From assembly GCA_050261115.1 (NCBI GenBank), contig JBLNCY010000006.1:32001-96000 (forward strand): DNA of 64,000 nucleotides, read 5' to 3'. Below the pieces are notes generated by a model. That model was not told the DNA's origin and did not search any database. It saw only the letters and a program-made list of their open reading frames with translations. The DNA is from Methanocella sp. (GTDB taxonomy: Archaea; Thermoproteota; Bathyarchaeia; Bathyarchaeales; Bathycorpusculaceae). The translations under genes were made by a program, and so were the position numbers. Shown in pieces: positions 10,036 through 19,991 of this stretch; position 1 is the first letter of the stretch; every line of letters begins with the position of its first letter.

Positions 10036-10368
10036 CTAATCCTTTAGCCCCATCATGGACATGGGATCATCGTGATCATGTTCATGCTCGCTTTCTTCGC
10101 TGATGTGATGTGCCACATGGAATCCTAACCCTGTTGAAGCACCTGCGGCTAACCCAACCAGCAGATAAGTTAACCAGTTATAGCCAAAAACCAAGCCGAC
10201 CACAGCTAACACGTCAAAAACAATTGCCATGGCAAGATAACCAGCACACCAGGTCTTCATGCTCATCCCACGGGGCTTGTTGATGCCGATGATGCCGAGA
10301 TAACCAAACATGATGATGAAACCGAGTAGGGCTATTATCAAGTTTATTGTGTTTGCATCTAGATCCAA
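10036..10368 (-). CDS. Small three-TM membrane protein with His/acid-rich tail
   Basis: Probable TTG start at 10368 after GGTGAAGG; tail HVAHHISEESEHEHDHDD. Confidence 0.65.
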   Translation of the reverse strand: MDLDANTINLIIALLGFIIMFGYLGIIGINKPRGMSMKTWCAGYLAMAIVFDVLAVVGLVFGYNWLTYLLVGLAAGASTGLGFHVAHHISEESEHEHDHDDPMSMMGLKD

Positions 10369-10523
10369 ACCTTCACCCTCATAGCTGGCTATGTCCCGCT
10401 TGAGCTTAATTAGTCTATTGGGAAAAGCATCAAACATCGCAGAAACAGTAAGTTAAGCGATTAAATCTTTGCTAGCCTTTTTTAGTATCAACCTGTTGTT
10501 TATTGCCCTTAAGGCGTGGATGC

Positions 10524-12644
10524 ATGAACTTTGACGTTAGGCACTGCCATAAATGGGCACAACTTCTAAACGAACGCAAAGCCAAACTAAACCAAGCATT
10601 AGAAGCGATTGAGAACCGAGAATTCCAAGCGGCTAAGTCCCTTGTCGCCCAGATCTTCGGTGGAGCCGCGGCAAAAGGGTCTGACCCCGGCATGGGAGGC
10701 TCCCTCCTCTACCACATGGCTATGGTAAGCAAGATGGAGTCCGAAACCCAAGTGCTACTTGACGAGTTGCACGTAAAGCAGCCAGACGTCTCAGCAGGTC
10801 TCAACCGGATATACGGCGACTTCTACGCCGACGCCCAAGAATTAACCAAAGAATTCATGCACTTAAACTACAGTGCCGATGTGATCGCCAAAACCAAGCG
10901 TCTTGATAGCGAAGAAAAAATCGCCCTATTTACCAAACTCAGAGAAGCACAGATACAGATCGAAAACCAGCTAACCAATAAGGATCCCAAGGCAGCCCGA
11001 GCCCTAGAGAAACTCTTTGACGACTGGGCGCAGCAAGTGGTGCTTATGAGGTTTATCCAAGAATATGAGACCATCAAAGGTCTCCTTACCCTTACCGAAC
11101 TGGTAAAGACCCATGGATATGAAACTGTTGAAACCGCCATGAAAAAGGTAAAAGACGAGTTCGGCCAAAAAACCGTCAGCATCGCATTAGAAGTTACGCT
11201 TCGAGTTGGCATGCGCCGCGAAAGACTCCAATCAGTCATGCTAGCAGACCACTGGATCAACATGGCCATGGATGGCTCCACGCTTGACGGTAGGATGGAG
11301 TTTCTCAACTGCCCCATCCACGGCGGCCACCACTACGCCCAAGAAAAATATGGCATAGACCCCAAAGTTTCAACCTTGTTCTGTAACAATTTCTGTTTTG
11401 CACACGCCAAAGCCATGCTTGACATAGTCCTCCCGTTCCCGTTCACGCTTTGGCAGCCTAAATTGATGGCTAAAGACGGCGTATGCGAATACTACCTTAA
11501 ACTCGCCTATTCACCCCAAGCACAAACCCAAGAACGCTATGTCCCACTTGTAATGTCCTATAACGTCACACGCGAATGCAACCTGAAATGCAGCCACTGC
11601 TACATTAACGCCACCGACAAAAAAGCAACCGACGAATTAACCACAAAAGAAGCCAAGGAAGTCATTGACCAAATCTATCAAGTCAGCAGCCCCCTGCTCA
11701 TCTTAAGCGGCGGCGAACCACTCCTACGACCAGACATCTTTGAACTCATCGAATATGGCTCCAAGAAAGGCCTAAAGATAGGTTTAGGAAGCAACGGCTA
11801 CTTGATTGATGATGCTTGCGCAAAGAGACTCAAAGAGGCAGGCATAGCCACCGTCTCAATCAGCATAGACTCAAGCATACCCCAGCAGCATGATGAGTTC
11901 CGGGGAGTAAAGGGCGCATGGGAAAGAGCAGTCAACGCCTGCAAAGCCCTACGAAAGCACGGCGTACTAGTTCAAGTTAACACCACCCTAACCCATGACA
12001 ACTATAACCAAATAAACGACATCATGACCCTCGCAGAGTCGGTCGGGGTTGAAAACTTCCACCTCTTCTTCTTAGTACCAACGGGTCGAGGCGTCAAGTT
12101 AACTGACATTTCACCGCAAAAATACGAAGACATGATAACCAACACCTTCGCAAAAGTGCATAAACACAGATTAAATGTCCGCCCCAGTTGTGCGCCTCAG
12201 TTCATGCGTATTGCGCAGGGCATGGGCTTGGATATGAGGCAATGGATGCGTGGTTGCCTTGCAGGTATGCATTACTGCCGCATCTACCCCAACGGCGACA
12301 TAACCCCCTGCCCCTATCTGCCAATCAAGCTGGGCAACGTAAAGGAGCAGAGCTTCAAAGACATCTGGTTTAACTCAGAAGTGTTCAAGAACCTCCGCAA
12401 CCCAGAGTGCCTTAAAGGCAAATGCGGCAAATGCAATTACAAAGTAATCTGCGGCGGCTGTAGAGCACGAGCGTATGGCCTCTCCCATGACTTCATCGAC
12501 TACTGCGGAGACCTAAACGTGCCCGGAGTTCAAACTAAAGACTACATGGCTGAGGACCCATGGTGTGTCCATAAACCAAACGCCGAACCAAACAAAGCAA
12601 AAAAGGACGCTTTGAACAGAAAGGAGTCGCTAAAATCAGCCTAA
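10524..12644 (+). CDS. Radical SAM/SPASM protein (AhbD/NirJ-like) with large N-terminal extension
   Basis: CNLKCSHC, SGGEPL, SPASM GCLAG...PCPYL...CGKCNYKVICGGCRARAY; about 330 aa N-terminal region including CPIH/FCNNFC/C motif. Confidence 0.85.
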   Translation: MNFDVRHCHKWAQLLNERKAKLNQALEAIENREFQAAKSLVAQIFGGAAAKGSDPGMGGSLLYHMAMVSKMESETQVLLDELHVKQPDVSAGLNRIYGDFYADAQELTKEFMHLNYSADVIAKTKRLDSEEKIALFTKLREAQIQIENQLTNKDPKAARALEKLFDDWAQQVVLMRFIQEYETIKGLLTLTELVKTHGYETVETAMKKVKDEFGQKTVSIALEVTLRVGMRRERLQSVMLADHWINMAMDGSTLDGRMEFLNCPIHGGHHYAQEKYGIDPKVSTLFCNNFCFAHAKAMLDIVLPFPFTLWQPKLMAKDGVCEYYLKLAYSPQAQTQERYVPLVMSYNVTRECNLKCSHCYINATDKKATDELTTKEAKEVIDQIYQVSSPLLILSGGEPLLRPDIFELIEYGSKKGLKIGLGSNGYLIDDACAKRLKEAGIATVSISIDSSIPQQHDEFRGVKGAWERAVNACKALRKHGVLVQVNTTLTHDNYNQINDIMTLAESVGVENFHLFFLVPTGRGVKLTDISPQKYEDMITNTFAKVHKHRLNVRPSCAPQFMRIAQGMGLDMRQWMRGCLAGMHYCRIYPNGDITPCPYLPIKLGNVKEQSFKDIWFNSEVFKNLRNPECLKGKCGKCNYKVICGGCRARAYGLSHDFIDYCGDLNVPGVQTKDYMAEDPWCVHKPNAEPNKAKKDALNRKESLKSA

Positions 12645-12743
12645 GTCATCCCTAGCTTTTTATAATGCTTATTTTGGATTCATCAACAATATAAAGCCAT
12701 AAGCAAGCTATAAGGGGTATAGTAGGGTACCCTACGGTGCACG

Positions 12744-13107
12744 ATGGGTGAGAAAAAAAACTTGCATGCCCAAGCGCTTCCTGCAACAAAACAATCACAA
12801 GACTGATCAAAACATTGAATTTGCAGGATAATCTACCTGAACCATATTACGCCTGCCCTTTCTACCTAACAAAGATAGAAACAGCTGAACTAAACAGCCC
12901 ATAGCATCAAGCTCCGCAGCGTTACCGCCAAAAGAGGAAATTAAACAGGAAGAAAAAATATCAAGAAGCGGCGATATGCCCGGGTCTTGTCCTTATCATT
13001 TGAGTTACTTGAGTGAACAGACGTAGAAGGATATACCTGAAGGCTGCATAGTATGCATGGATATTGTTTCTTGTATGCTCAAGAAAATGCGGGAAGCACA
13101 GGGCTGA
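12744..13107 (+). pseudogene. Disrupted Cys-rich (double zinc-binding) small protein gene
   Basis: Joins as MGEKK/LACPSASCNKT...YYACPFYLTKIE.../...CPYHLSYLSEQT*KDIPEGCIVCMDIVSCMLKKMREAQG with two frameshifts and an internal TAG. Confidence 0.6.
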
Positions 13108-13188
13108 CAAGCGGCGTCACCTATGTGAAGGTACTTAACGTTAAAAAGTAGAGAAAGGAAAATTTTTTGGGAAAAAAAGAAAAAATGC

Positions 13189-13530
13189 TTATTTCTTCTT
13201 CTTTGCAGATTCTTCGGTGGCTTCTTCGGATGCAGACGCTGGTTCTTTCTTGTCTTCGATTTCAGTTGTGATCTCTTCGATTGGCTTTGGCGGGGGGGTC
13301 GTTGCCATTGTCCAGCCGATCCATGCGCCGATGAAGAGTATAGCAACAAAGGCGACTAATACAGGTGCAGCGACAAGCCAATAGCTAACTGTTTCTGGCT
13401 CTAGTATTTTTAGTGCGGGCACCTGTTGGATAAGCCATGAATAACCGAACATTCCGACCAAGTAAAGAATAGCGACGACTGTACATACGACTAGAATAGC
13501 TCCACCGATTGCTTGATCTTTGCTAACCAT
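13189..13530 (-). CDS. Conserved small membrane protein
   Basis: SKDQAIG, two TM helices, WIGWTMATTPPPKPIEEI, charged tail. Confidence 0.8.
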   Translation of the reverse strand: MVSKDQAIGGAILVVCTVVAILYLVGMFGYSWLIQQVPALKILEPETVSYWLVAAPVLVAFVAILFIGAWIGWTMATTPPPKPIEEITTEIEDKKEPASASEEATEESAKKKK

Positions 13531-13612
13531 TCAGTAATTCACCACGATAGTTAGTAGCCATGTATTCGCTTAATAGATTTAAAGTTTGTCATAATAGACA
13601 AATAATGGGTTG

Positions 13613-14869
13613 TTAGGTAGTGCCCATTTCCCATGTGGACAGGTACCGTTTCTGCTCCTCAGTTAATACGTCGATAGCGATGCCCATGCTCTGCAGTTTC
13701 AACTCAGCGATCTTTTCATCGATGTCTTTGGGAACAACGTAAACTTTGGTTTCAAGCTTCTCTGATTTGGCGACGAATTCACTGCAAAGAGCCTGATTAG
13801 CAAAGGACATGTCCATGACTTCAGAGGGGTGACCTTCGGCTGCAGCGAGGTTAACTAATCGGCCTTCGCCTAGAAGATAGAGATGGCGATTATCGTGGGT
13901 TGTGTATTCATCCATGTTGGGGCGCATGGTTCGCTTGGATTTGCTTATGGATTCAAGGTCCGGGATGTTTATTTCGACGTTAAAGTGACCGCTGTTGCAC
14001 ATTATGGCGCCGTCCTTCATCTTCTCGAAGTGCTCTTTGCGGATGACATTTATGTCGCCAGTGGCTGTGACGAATATATCACCTATTGGAGCAGCCTCAG
14101 CCATAGTCATAACCCGGAAACCGTTCATAACAGCTTCAAGTGCGCGAGTTGGCTGTACCTCGGTGACGATGACGTTTGCGCCTAAGCCCTGTGCGCGCAT
14201 AGCTATGCCTCTGCTACACCAGCCATATCCGCCGACGACGAAGTTTTTGCCCGCCAGAAGCACGCTGGTTGCGCGTAGAATGCCGTCGATAGTGCTTTGG
14301 CCGGTGCCATAGCGGTTGTCAAAGAGGTATTTGGTAAGGGCTTCGTTTACAGCTATGATGGGATATTTGAGGCTGCCGTCTTGCTCCATGGCTTTTAGTC
14401 GAACCACGCCTGTGGTGGTTTCTTCGGTTCCGCCCTTGATGTTTTCTATAAGGTCGGTGCGTTTGCTGTGAATCATGCCGACGACGTCTGCGCCGTCATC
14501 CATGGTGATGGTGGGTTTGTATTCGAGGACGTTTTCAATGCATTTGTAGTAGTCCTCGGTGTTTTGACCCCGCCAAGCGTAGACATGAACGCCGCTATCT
14601 GCAAGCGCTGCAGCTACGTCATCTTGTGTTGAAAGCGGGTTTGAGCCACATAAGGCTACTTTGGCGCCTCCAGCTATGAGTACTTTGATAAGTACTGCGG
14701 TTTCTTTGGTTACATGGAGGCAGGCTGCGAGGGTTTGGCCTTCGAGCGGTTTTTCTTTCTCAAACCTTTGTTTGATAATGTTTAGTACGGGCATATGTTT
14801 GGCTGCCCATTCAATCTGTAAATGACCTTGTGGTGCTAGCTTTATGTCTTTAACTTGGTAGTCTTCCAT
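13613..14869 (-). CDS. ahcY: Adenosylhomocysteinase
   Basis: [45 protein letters not shown]. Confidence 0.97.
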   Translation of the reverse strand: MEDYQVKDIKLAPQGHLQIEWAAKHMPVLNIIKQRFEKEKPLEGQTLAACLHVTKETAVLIKVLIAGGAKVALCGSNPLSTQDDVAAALADSGVHVYAWRGQNTEDYYKCIENVLEYKPTITMDDGADVVGMIHSKRTDLIENIKGGTEETTTGVVRLKAMEQDGSLKYPIIAVNEALTKYLFDNRYGTGQSTIDGILRATSVLLAGKNFVVGGYGWCSRGIAMRAQGLGANVIVTEVQPTRALEAVMNGFRVMTMAEAAPIGDIFVTATGDINVIRKEHFEKMKDGAIMCNSGHFNVEINIPDLESISKSKRTMRPNMDEYTTHDNRHLYLLGEGRLVNLAAAEGHPSEVMDMSFANQALCSEFVAKSEKLETKVYVVPKDIDEKIAELKLQSMGIAIDVLTEEQKRYLSTWEMGTT

Positions 14870-15020
14870 GAAGAGTTCCTTCTTTTAAAAGACAGTTGGG
14901 GGGTCTCCTTATTTAGAATTTACCTACGTTTCATAAGGTGTAAGGTATGGCGAGCGGTGGCTTGCACAGAAAAAGTTAAAGTACACCCCTACCCAAGCTA
15001 ACCGTGAAGGGAAATACCGC

Positions 15021-15626
15021 GTGAGTGAGCCTTTTGAAGCCTTCATAGAAGCCAACATAGAACCCAACACACTGTTGATTACCTGTGGATTACCTGCCAG
15101 CTACAAGACTGGAATCGCCCAGGAAATCTCCAAACGGAAAGGGTATCCTATTCTGCGAAGTGACCTCATACGGCTAGAAGTGCTAAAAGACCAAGACATC
15201 TTTGACACTAAAGTAGCCGGCAACATGGATAAGCGTCTATCGGTCTATGAGGAAATGTTTAGACGCGCCGACGAGTTAGCCTCAAGAGGCCAAAGAGACA
15301 TAATTCTGGATGCGACATTTGTCACTGAAGACCTCAGGCTCCAGGCAGCAGAGATAGCAGCAAAGCACAACATGTCCTTTGTAATCGTGGAAACAAGCTG
15401 CCCCCAGGAGGTTGCGCTGGAAAGAATAAAGAAACGCACCAAAGAAAAATATGAATCCAACGCCCTAACCGAAGAAGCCTACTGGGCAAACAAGAAAAAA
15501 TACCAACCAGTTAACGTGGATGAGATCAAAAAAAGGTTCCCAACCCTCAATGTAATGCACATAACCGTAGACACCTGCCAATACGGCATGGCTAACTGGC
15601 GCATAGTAAAAGTCGAAAAGAGGTAA
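15021..15626 (+). CDS. P-loop kinase, AAA_33/COG0645-like
   Basis: CGLPASYKT Walker A variant, RSDLIR, ILDATF. Confidence 0.75.
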   Translation: MSEPFEAFIEANIEPNTLLITCGLPASYKTGIAQEISKRKGYPILRSDLIRLEVLKDQDIFDTKVAGNMDKRLSVYEEMFRRADELASRGQRDIILDATFVTEDLRLQAAEIAAKHNMSFVIVETSCPQEVALERIKKRTKEKYESNALTEEAYWANKKKYQPVNVDEIKKRFPTLNVMHITVDTCQYGMANWRIVKVEKR

Positions 15627-15634
15627 AAGTCCAA

Positions 15635-16510
15635 TTGGCAATCGACTTACATATTCACTCAAGCGCATCTGACGGCAAACTATCCCCCCAAGAACTAATC
15701 AACCAAGCCAAAGCCCGTCAGGTTGCTTTTATGTCAATCACAGACCACGACAACATCAGTTGCCAAGAAGCCGCAATAAATGCAGCTAAAGCCGCAGGCA
15801 TAGATTACGTGACCGGCGTTGAACTTAACGTCACCTTCGCAAACCTCAAATATAAAGAGGGCAAACCGTTCTCGCTGGATTTTCTGGGCTACCAATTCAA
15901 CCCAGAAGACAAAGCGCTGGAGAAAAAGCTTGGCTTGATGGTGAAGTACCGTGAAGAACGCGCCGCCAAAATCCTTGCCAACCTCAACGCTGAATTCAGA
16001 AAAGAAAACATTTCCCCGCTAACCCCCCAAGATCTGTACAGGATTCAAGAGAATGTTGAGGGCAGTTTGGGGCGACCTCATATCGCTGACTACCTTGTCC
16101 AGAAGGGGATAGTGGCAGACCGCATGGAAGCCTTCGAAAAGTACCTCGTCAAATGTGACGTTCCCAAGTACCCGCTGCACCTCGAAGAGGCCTCCAAACT
16201 GGTCAGAGACGCAGGCGGAAAACTGGTTTTGGCGCATCCCTGTGATGCATGCGGCATTTCGCTTTTGCCAATAACCAAGGGGCTAGCAGAACAAACCCAG
16301 ATAATCCAAGAAACCATGCTACCCTACATCGACGGCATTGAGTGCTGGCACCCAAGCCATACCCCAGAATCAACACGCCATTACGTAGACTTCGCCAAGA
16401 AGCATGGGTTACTCATGACCGGCGGCAGCGACTGCCACCAAAAACCCATCATAATCGGCACCACAGAGGTACCGGGCTGGGTTGCTAAGCAGTTTAGGAA
16501 ATGGAATTAG
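15635..16510 (+). CDS. PHP-domain phosphoesterase (YciV/TrpH-like)
   Basis: DLHIHSSASDG, ITDHD, GRPHIA, LAHP, TGGSDCH. Confidence 0.9.
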   Translation: MAIDLHIHSSASDGKLSPQELINQAKARQVAFMSITDHDNISCQEAAINAAKAAGIDYVTGVELNVTFANLKYKEGKPFSLDFLGYQFNPEDKALEKKLGLMVKYREERAAKILANLNAEFRKENISPLTPQDLYRIQENVEGSLGRPHIADYLVQKGIVADRMEAFEKYLVKCDVPKYPLHLEEASKLVRDAGGKLVLAHPCDACGISLLPITKGLAEQTQIIQETMLPYIDGIECWHPSHTPESTRHYVDFAKKHGLLMTGGSDCHQKPIIIGTTEVPGWVAKQFRKWN

Positions 16511-17514
16511 AGGTTTTTTGCGTACTGCAATGCTAGCTTGAAGTATGCTTGGGCATCTTTTGTTGCGGCTTGCTTGTCTTGGGCGGTTATGTTTGGGTCG
16601 TCGAGTCGGAAGCTTATAACTTTGCCTCTGACGTAGGCGCGGTAGCACTTGTAGAATGGCAACAGCGTCTTTAGCTGGGCGTCTTTTGAGTACTGTAGGT
16701 ATTGGTTGATGAAGTAGTGGGCTAAATCGGCGCGGTTTTGATAGTCGAGGTCCATGGCTAGGAAGGCTACGTCTGCGGCGACGTCGCTGTAGCGGAAGCG
16801 GTCGTTGAATTCTATGGCGTCAAAAATGCAGATCTGGGGGGTTATGAATATGTTGCCTGAGTGAAGGTCGCCATGGCAGTCGCGAATCTGCCCCTCAGCC
16901 ATGCGTGCCTCAAAAAGCGCATGGTTTGCTTCCATGAAGGTGTTGATTTGGGTTTGTATAAACTCGTAGTCCTCGCTGCTTAGGGTTTGCCCTATGTATT
17001 TGGTTGTTTGGGCAAAGTTTTCTTCCCAGTTAAACCGGGTTGCTTTGATGCCGCCGATTTCGGTTATCTCGGCGTTTGTTTGGGCCGCGGCGTGGAATTT
17101 GGAGACGATGGCGGCTATATCGTCGATAGTTTTCTTGTCGACTTTGCCCTCTTGGAGGAGTTGGGTCATGATGCAATCTTTGGGTAAGCGCTTCATTTTC
17201 AGCGCGTACTCGACGACTTCGCCGGAACCGCCTATTTTTAGGTGGTCTGATTTGTTTATGGAGACGACTCCGAGGTATATCTCGGGGCAGAGGCGCCTGT
17301 TTAGTTGGAGTTCTTTTTCACAATAGTGTTTTCTTTTTTCGAGGGTGGAGAAGTCTAGGAAGCCAAAGTTAACGGGTTTTTTGATTTTGTAAACGTAGTT
17401 TTCTGTTAGGAAGATAAAGGAGATGTGGGTTTGGATTAGGTCAATTTTTTCGGTTTCTTCGGGATATGTTTGGGGATTGAGCATCGCAGTGACTAGGGGG
17501 TTTTGGGTTTGCAT
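16507..17514 (-). CDS. Aminoglycoside-phosphotransferase-like kinase (COG2187-like)
   Basis: QTHIS, YKIKKPVNFGFLDFS, ELQLNRRL, CHGDLHSGNI, FDAIEFN, YRAYVRGKV. Confidence 0.85.
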   Translation of the reverse strand: MQTQNPLVTAMLNPQTYPEETEKIDLIQTHISFIFLTENYVYKIKKPVNFGFLDFSTLEKRKHYCEKELQLNRRLCPEIYLGVVSINKSDHLKIGGSGEVVEYALKMKRLPKDCIMTQLLQEGKVDKKTIDDIAAIVSKFHAAAQTNAEITEIGGIKATRFNWEENFAQTTKYIGQTLSSEDYEFIQTQINTFMEANHALFEARMAEGQIRDCHGDLHSGNIFITPQICIFDAIEFNDRFRYSDVAADVAFLAMDLDYQNRADLAHYFINQYLQYSKDAQLKTLLPFYKCYRAYVRGKVISFRLDDPNITAQDKQAATKDAQAYFKLALQYAKNL

Positions 17515-17747
17515 GCTTGTGCATCCTTTTGGTATATTTGGGGTGGCTAGTCAATAAAGGTGCTTGTGTTTATGTGTACAACGGTTCTAAGTTCAATCGG
17601 CATAACGCCGACATGATAGCTTTATATTTTTGATAGAATTTTTCATTTGATTAATAATGAGTAAAAAGCGTTTGAGGTATTAAGGAAAAAACTACTGGAT
17701 AGTGGCTATTCAGACGAGTTAGCCGCAAAAATCGTCAACTGTTACGC

Positions 17748-18362
17748 TCAATTCTTGAATCCTTGAACGTAATCTAGAACTTTGTTTGCTTCCTCCTCAG
17801 ATATATGCTTGCTCGTCTCCAACGAGTGAACAATATCAGTGATTTTTGCTAGAGCATGGATTTTGTAGCCGAGTTGCTCGAGTTTCTCTTTGCCGCCCTG
17901 CTCACGGTTAACGACCACAAGCATATGTTTCACATTAGCACCCAGCTCCGTTAAGGGTTTTATACCCTCGATCTTTGAGAGACCTTCGCTGATAACATCA
18001 TCAAAGAAAAGCACATTATCACCTTTGGCTATGTCTGCGCCGGCGATGCGGCCAGTAACCCCGTAGGCTTTCTCTTCTTTACGGACGATAACACAGGGTA
18101 AGTTGAGTTTAATGCCGATGCTGGGTATGATTAGGGCGCCTTTTAGTTCGATGGAAGCTAGCTTGTTGATTGGGTCGGGGATTTCCCTGATTTTTTGTGC
18201 TGCTACTTCTGCGAGTATGTCTAGCTGTTTGGGTGCGGCTAGTACGCGGGCCATGTCGATGTAGTAGGGGCTGATGGCTCCAGATTTGATTTTGAAGCTG
18301 CCGAACTTTATGCAGCCGGATTGGTATAGTGCGTTTGCGACTTTGTCGGTTGTTGTGGACAT
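17748..18362 (-). CDS. pyrE: Orotate phosphoribosyltransferase
   Basis: KFGSFKIKSG-SPYYID, RKEEKAYG, PRPP loop FDDVISEG. Confidence 0.88.
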   Translation of the reverse strand: MSTTTDKVANALYQSGCIKFGSFKIKSGAISPYYIDMARVLAAPKQLDILAEVAAQKIREIPDPINKLASIELKGALIIPSIGIKLNLPCVIVRKEEKAYGVTGRIAGADIAKGDNVLFFDDVISEGLSKIEGIKPLTELGANVKHMLVVVNREQGGKEKLEQLGYKIHALAKITDIVHSLETSKHISEEEANKVLDYVQGFKN

Positions 18363-18550
18363 AGAGTGTTCCCCTATGTGAATGGGTAGCTAGGAATTTA
18401 ACCCTTTAGCAGATATGTAAACTGCAGCGCAACTGACCCAGCGTAAAAAGATACTTTTCGGTTGTCTGGGAAGTAAGGACAAAAGCTATTGAAATATAGT
18501 AGAGTCAGCGTAAAATATCTAAAGGAAAATAAAATTAGGGAAGGATTGGT

Positions 18551-18946
18551 TTACTTTAGCGGTACATACATCGAAGACCGTGACGCACCGATACCTGGAG
18601 TACCATGTCTAACTGGTTTGTTAGTTATGGCAAACTCGCCAAGGTAGTGGCCGATCATGTCAGGTTTTATGTCAACTTCGACGAATTCTTTACCGTTGTG
18701 TATACCGATTTTTGTGCCAACCATTTCTGGCAGGACAATAAGGTCGCGTACGTGAGTTTTGATTGCGGTGCCAGCTTTGGCTTCTTTTGCTTTGCGTAGC
18801 TTCTCTAGCAGAGTGCGTTGTTCAGTTGTGAGGCCACGTTGTAGGCTTCTGCGTTGGCGTGAAGGTAGTATGTTGATGAATTCGTCCATAGACATAGCTG
18901 AGAGGCTTTCGAGGCTGTGCCCACGGTAACTAAATTCTTTCGGCAT
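18551..18946 (-). CDS. rps19: 30S ribosomal protein uS19
   Basis: [34 protein letters not shown]. Confidence 0.96.
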   Translation of the reverse strand: MPKEFSYRGHSLESLSAMSMDEFINILPSRQRRSLQRGLTTEQRTLLEKLRKAKEAKAGTAIKTHVRDLIVLPEMVGTKIGIHNGKEFVEVDIKPDMIGHYLGEFAITNKPVRHGTPGIGASRSSMYVPLK

Positions 18947-18967
18947 CTATCATATTCTCCTTTAATT

Positions 18968-19711
18968 TTATCCTCTGATTGCGCGTTTCTTCTTCTGTCC
19001 GGGGCCACGTGCAGCGATGAGACCGACTTTCTGTCCTGGCGGTGCACCGTGACTTGTGGTTGTGGTTCTACGTGCGCTACGTTTGCTGCTACCATAGGGA
19101 TGGACAGCGGGAACCATTTTACGACCGCTAGTACGTGGGTACTTGTGACCTTTAGCTTTCATCAGGTGATATTTCTCGCCTGCTTTAAGGAACGGTTTCT
19201 CGATGCGACCTGAACCGGAGACAACTCCGACGGTTGCTAAACAGTAGTCGTTAACATAGCGGGTTCGTCCGGAAGGTAATCTAATCATGGTGCCTTGGGG
19301 TGTGTGACCAACAACGGTTGCGTATGCGCCTGAGCTGCGAGCCATTTTTCCTCCGTCACCAGGGCGAAGTTCAAGACCGCAAACTATGGTTCCTTCAGGC
19401 ATTTTACCCAAGGGCAAAATGTTGCCGATTTCTGCGGTTGCTTTGCCGCCAAAGAGAATCTGCTGACCAAGATATACGCCTTCAGGAGTGATGTTGTACA
19501 TGTTGGTGCCGTCTTCGAATTCAACCAATGAAAGCGGCGAACCTCGGCCGGGATCGTGAATCAAGTCCACGACTACGCCGCTAAGTTCAGCTTCAAATGA
19601 TTCTTTTGGTGCAAAAGCGGGATATTTTGCTGGAGCGATACGTTTGTGAGTTGAGGCGCGGAAGTTTTGGCCGCCACGACCTCTTCTTTGTACACGGATA
19701 CGTTTTCCCAT
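18968..19711 (-). CDS. rpl2: 50S ribosomal protein uL2
   Basis: MGKRIRVQRRG, HDPGRG, ARSSG, PPGQKVGLIAAR. Confidence 0.97.
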   Translation of the reverse strand: MGKRIRVQRRGRGGQNFRASTHKRIAPAKYPAFAPKESFEAELSGVVVDLIHDPGRGSPLSLVEFEDGTNMYNITPEGVYLGQQILFGGKATAEIGNILPLGKMPEGTIVCGLELRPGDGGKMARSSGAYATVVGHTPQGTMIRLPSGRTRYVNDYCLATVGVVSGSGRIEKPFLKAGEKYHLMKAKGHKYPRTSGRKMVPAVHPYGSSKRSARRTTTTSHGAPPGQKVGLIAARGPGQKKKRAIRG

Positions 19712-19730
19712 AAGTCAAGCCTTCTATATG

Positions 19731-19991
19731 TTAGAGGATACCTAGTTTGATTGCTACGTCGGAAGCGCGGTATTCTGGCTTTAGCTTCACGAATGCTTTC
19801 TTTAAGCCCTGTGGAGTGATCAGTGTTGTGACGTCTGCAACTTTAACTTCATACATGATTTCTACGGCACGTTTGATGTCTGCTTTGCCAGCCTTTGTGT
19901 TAACAACAAAGAGTAGCTTGTTGTCTTTCTCCACCATTATGCTGGCTGATTCAGTCATCAGAGGATAGGTAATTATTTCGTCTGGTTTCAT
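19731..19991 (-). CDS. rpl23: 50S ribosomal protein uL23
   Basis: PLMTESA, KADIKRAVE, KKAFVKL. Confidence 0.95.
   Translation of the reverse strand: MKPDEIITYPLMTESASIMVEKDNKLLFVVNTKAGKADIKRAVEIMYEVKVADVTTLITPQGLKKAFVKLKPEYRASDVAIKLGIL

Noticed and set aside
13021-13030. In-frame TAG as pyrrolysine readthrough
   Set aside because: The same ORF has two frameshifts and an apparent Cys loss; decay is simpler and no pyl genes are present.
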